Assembly: GCA_013115125.1 (NCBI GenBank)
Contig: JABANN010000011.1
Location: forward strand, 62,001 to 126,000
Reading direction: 5' to 3'
Source of the DNA: Perkinsus olseni
Taxonomy: Eukaryota
DNA length: 64,000 bases
Under the pieces are notes generated by a model. It did not search any database. It worked only from the letters and a program-made list of their open reading frames with translations, and was not told the origin of the DNA. The position numbers were made by a program, and so were the translations under genes. Below are positions 61,320 to 64,000 of the stretch, piece after piece. Position 1 is the stretch's first letter, and each line of letters starts with the position of its first letter.

Positions 61320-62406
61320 TCATGGTTTCACTCTTGCAATACCAATCTGCTTCTTGTCAAAGTCGAACGAAATATAGTACCCCGGAATGGTATTGTGACC
61401 GATCCTCCAGAAGCCTTCAGTGTTTTCAAGGGAAGTGCAAAGTGCATGCGCTTGACGATCCTAGCTCTTCGATATATTTCTCGTGCGGGACCTCCATGAA
61501 GACTTTTCAATCCACCCCCTCAAACGACAGCTCTATTGCCGGCAGATATTTCCTGTCTGCGCAGTCGATCTCATATCTATCCCCGACGAGCCTAATATCA
61601 ATGGGCTTCTTGGCTCCGACTCTGATGAGAGTGGTGAGATCTTCCCTAGCCTTAGCTGGCATGGATATGCCGTTGGTGCCGGTGTCCAAAATGGCGTGCA
61701 GACCAGCTTGTCTCATTGAGGCCCCTCCGACGTTAACGGCGAGCAAGCGAATCATCCAATGACCTTCGCCGACCACAGGCATGAGAGATAATGGGCCAAT
61801 GAACTTGTCCGGGTCCACTCCCCCCAGAAGCACTTCTCCACGCGCAAGAGACCCAGACTCGAGATAGAGAGAAAAGCTCCGGCTCTTGATGTATCCCGAA
61901 GGATTCTTCACTAGCTGGTCGATCAGTGGGGTACGAAAAAGAGGGCGGTCCTGCGAGAAGCCAAACCCCAACACAGAGGATGGAAAGTGCTCATCAGGCC
62001 CACGCCTGAGAGACACCTCTGAAGCGAATGAGACGATCAGCCCACTCTGCTCCGCTATGTCAAATATGCCCGAGGTTCCGAGTAGTTGGATATCCGTGCC
62101 GTCTCCTAGCGTAACATTGATAGGGGGCAGGGAAACAACGCATACCTCCGGGTAGCAATAGAAGCATCCGAATATGCTATAGCCGCAAATGCTGGAACTA
62201 TGGAAATAGCCAAAGATAAAATAAATGAGAGGCGTTTCGTTGTTCACCAATGCACCAAGGTTTTGATTGCTAACAGAAAGGTTGGCGATCAACCCGTAAC
62301 GCGGGTATACCGGATCGACAATCTCTCGGCGCATAGGAAGCCTGATTAGGGGTACAGCTCCGGCATAGAGTAGAATGGTTGAGGAGATGACCCATAGCAG
62401 CTGCAT
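61320..62406 (-). pseudogene. Aspartic-protease-like gene, copy 3 (least damaged; nonsense codon and frameshift near the C-terminus)
   Basis: Open from MQLLWVISS to FEGVD. TGA at 61507-61509 stands where copy 2 has GGA, followed by a +1 frameshift at ~61430. Confidence 0.85.
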
Positions 62407-63280
62407 TGATGCTAAGATGAGGGGGAAAAGGTTGCCTGCCAATAAGCTCCCATTCAAATGTATCAGACGTCCGACGGGAAAGATGGTAGCCGACTGCTTA
62501 GCCACTGTGGGAAATGTGGGACATACGTGTCGCTAGCTCCGTCCCTGCCGGAGGGACAATGACCACGGAGTTGCTGGTTATCCTCATCGGCGGCCCTGCC
62601 AGCCCTTGGCCTACCAGGTAGGCCCTACCTCGCATCCTGTATCCGGCCTGCATTCTGGTTGTGATAGGGCATGCATTCAGTAGTCTAGTGCCTCCTTTTA
62701 CACTCCGGGGAGAGTTACCCCCGCACTGTAGACAGCGGCGGACGTGCAGGCGCCGACGTGACCTGGGAGATCCAGGCCCGCTCGAGGCGCTCTGTTGGCT
62801 CGTAATTCGAGGTACTCACAGTGTCTAAGCACGCCCATCCATGATTCACTACTAAAGCTTTCAGAAATGTAGCCGAGCCTCGGAAAACTATCTCGCATTT
62901 GTTCGTAGCCGCCCCCTAATCCGAAACGTAACCAAGGATCTGGTGACACGTGCACTGTCCCATTCAGTCGTGTGTGACACACCCTTGTCCCTCAACTTGA
63001 GGTCTTCCCTAGCTGTTGTATTCCTGCCTATCTACTTTCCCTAACCTATCCATTGTCGCGTTATTATACTGCACACGGGCACTGTGCCGCAGCGGGGAGG
63101 CTTGACGTCATTAGTATCACAGAGGTATTGCCAGGATTCCGGGCTCTTTCACGTTAGGTTATGTTACGTACGCTGCCGATACTTCAGTGTCTTCAGGTCA
63201 GAGTGTGCAGGCGACAGGAAAGCACTCATTCCGATGATAGTATCAGAATTTGATAATCAAATAGTATCCGTCAACTGCGC

Positions 63281-63510
63281 CGTGAATGGATTGGCCTGCG
63301 CCCTCGTTGCCTCTGGCGGTCGTCGCGGAGGGATGCTGCGTGTAGCCACGGGTGTTCTTTGCCGCTCTCAGCTGGGACAACAATGCGCAGCTTGCCCCCT
63401 GGCAGGGCCGCGTTGCCTCAGACTCGCCGCGAACTCAGCGTTGTGAGATGCGAGGCTGAGAGAGTTGTCGCGGCCGCCCCATTAGTCGAAAGACAGGGCC
63501 TAGCAAGGTC
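63281..63510 (-). pseudogene. Third short fragment of the Sfi1-like gene exon
   Basis: aatggattggcctgcgccctcgttgcctctgg...ctcagactcgccgcgaactc matches ~53133-53330 and ~58072-58270. Confidence 0.8.
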
Positions 63511-63674
63511 CCTTTATCGTCGCACAACGGAACGCCCACGTCAACGCTTGGAATAATGACTAGCTGGCATTCAGTCGGCTCCAAAGTCTCCTTGGAAATC
63601 ACAATCTGGAGCTTATATCAAAACGACTAGCTCTCCTAAGAATACCCTCTGAAAGACTCGCGGTACAACTAGGC

Positions 63675-64000
63675 CTACCTTCCCGGACGCAGCGGCTGGT
63701 CGCTCTTGTTCCAATGCCGGCTAATCAATGACGATGCTATATGCCCACTAGTAGTATGACTTACGAGGCTTCGGAGACGGACAACTTCCGCCTCTAGAGC
63801 CTGGCTCTTCTTCGCCTCCTGCTCTAGCTGTCGTTGGAGGCTCTGTGTATCGCGCTCGAATCGGGCGAGCTCTGCACCGCCACTATCCAAGGCGCCGATG
63901 GGAGAATCGAGGCGTGTGGTAGTCACTGGGTGGCGGGAACGGTCCGATAAGTAATTACTTCTCTCCGTAGCCCCTAGAGCCTCCTTCGCCAACTCTAGCT
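63675..64000 (-). CDS. Coiled-coil protein exon (partial, runs off the window)
   Basis: ELARFERDTQSLQRQLEQEAKKSQALEAEVVRLRS heptad pattern. Confidence 0.5.
   Translation of the reverse strand, partial: LELAKEALGATERSNYLSDRSRHPVTTTRLDSPIGALDSGGAELARFERDTQSLQRQLEQEAKKSQALEAEVVRLRSLVSHTTSGHIASSLISRHWNKSDQPLRPGR

Noticed and set aside
61507-61509. In-frame TGA in protease copy 3 as selenocysteine or stop readthrough
   Set aside because: The paralogue has GGA (Gly) at this position and a frameshift follows ~75 bp later, so a nonsense mutation is the simpler explanation.
53956-62406. Frameshifts at G/C runs as programmed recoding like that of Perkinsus mitochondrial genes
   Set aside because: These are nuclear genes, the lesions differ between copies, and they include a large deletion.

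Overview
Compact, intron-rich eukaryotic DNA with mostly ~45-100 bp GT-AG introns and short intergenic gaps. Gene style and content suggest an alveolate protist, most plausibly Perkinsus (inference, not verified). About 25 protein-coding loci can be seen. They include a GCP5-like gamma-tubulin complex protein, HPPK-DHPS, a TPR protein, TRM8/METTL1, two tandem secreted cyclophilins, Mic10, an MROH1-like HEAT protein, a LicD-family transferase, a cyclin, a prominin-like 5-TM protein, OGG1, a PHD+SET protein, ChaC, a mucin-like protein and an Sfi1-like protein. The most distinctive element is a 688-bp MITE at 9031-9718. It has 224-bp near-perfect terminal inverted repeats and a CTG target-site duplication, and its reconstructed empty site closely matches the long target consensus I recall for zebrafish Harbinger3_DR. 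The last 12 kb is a decaying tandem array of three aspartic-protease-like pseudogenes interleaved with fragments of the neighbouring gene, plus a variant initiator tRNA-Met. Also present are three minisatellites (37, 31 and 30 bp units; two span assembly gaps) and a pair of small uncharacterised tail-anchored paralogues. Exon boundaries were read by eye, so gene ends are approximate where stated.
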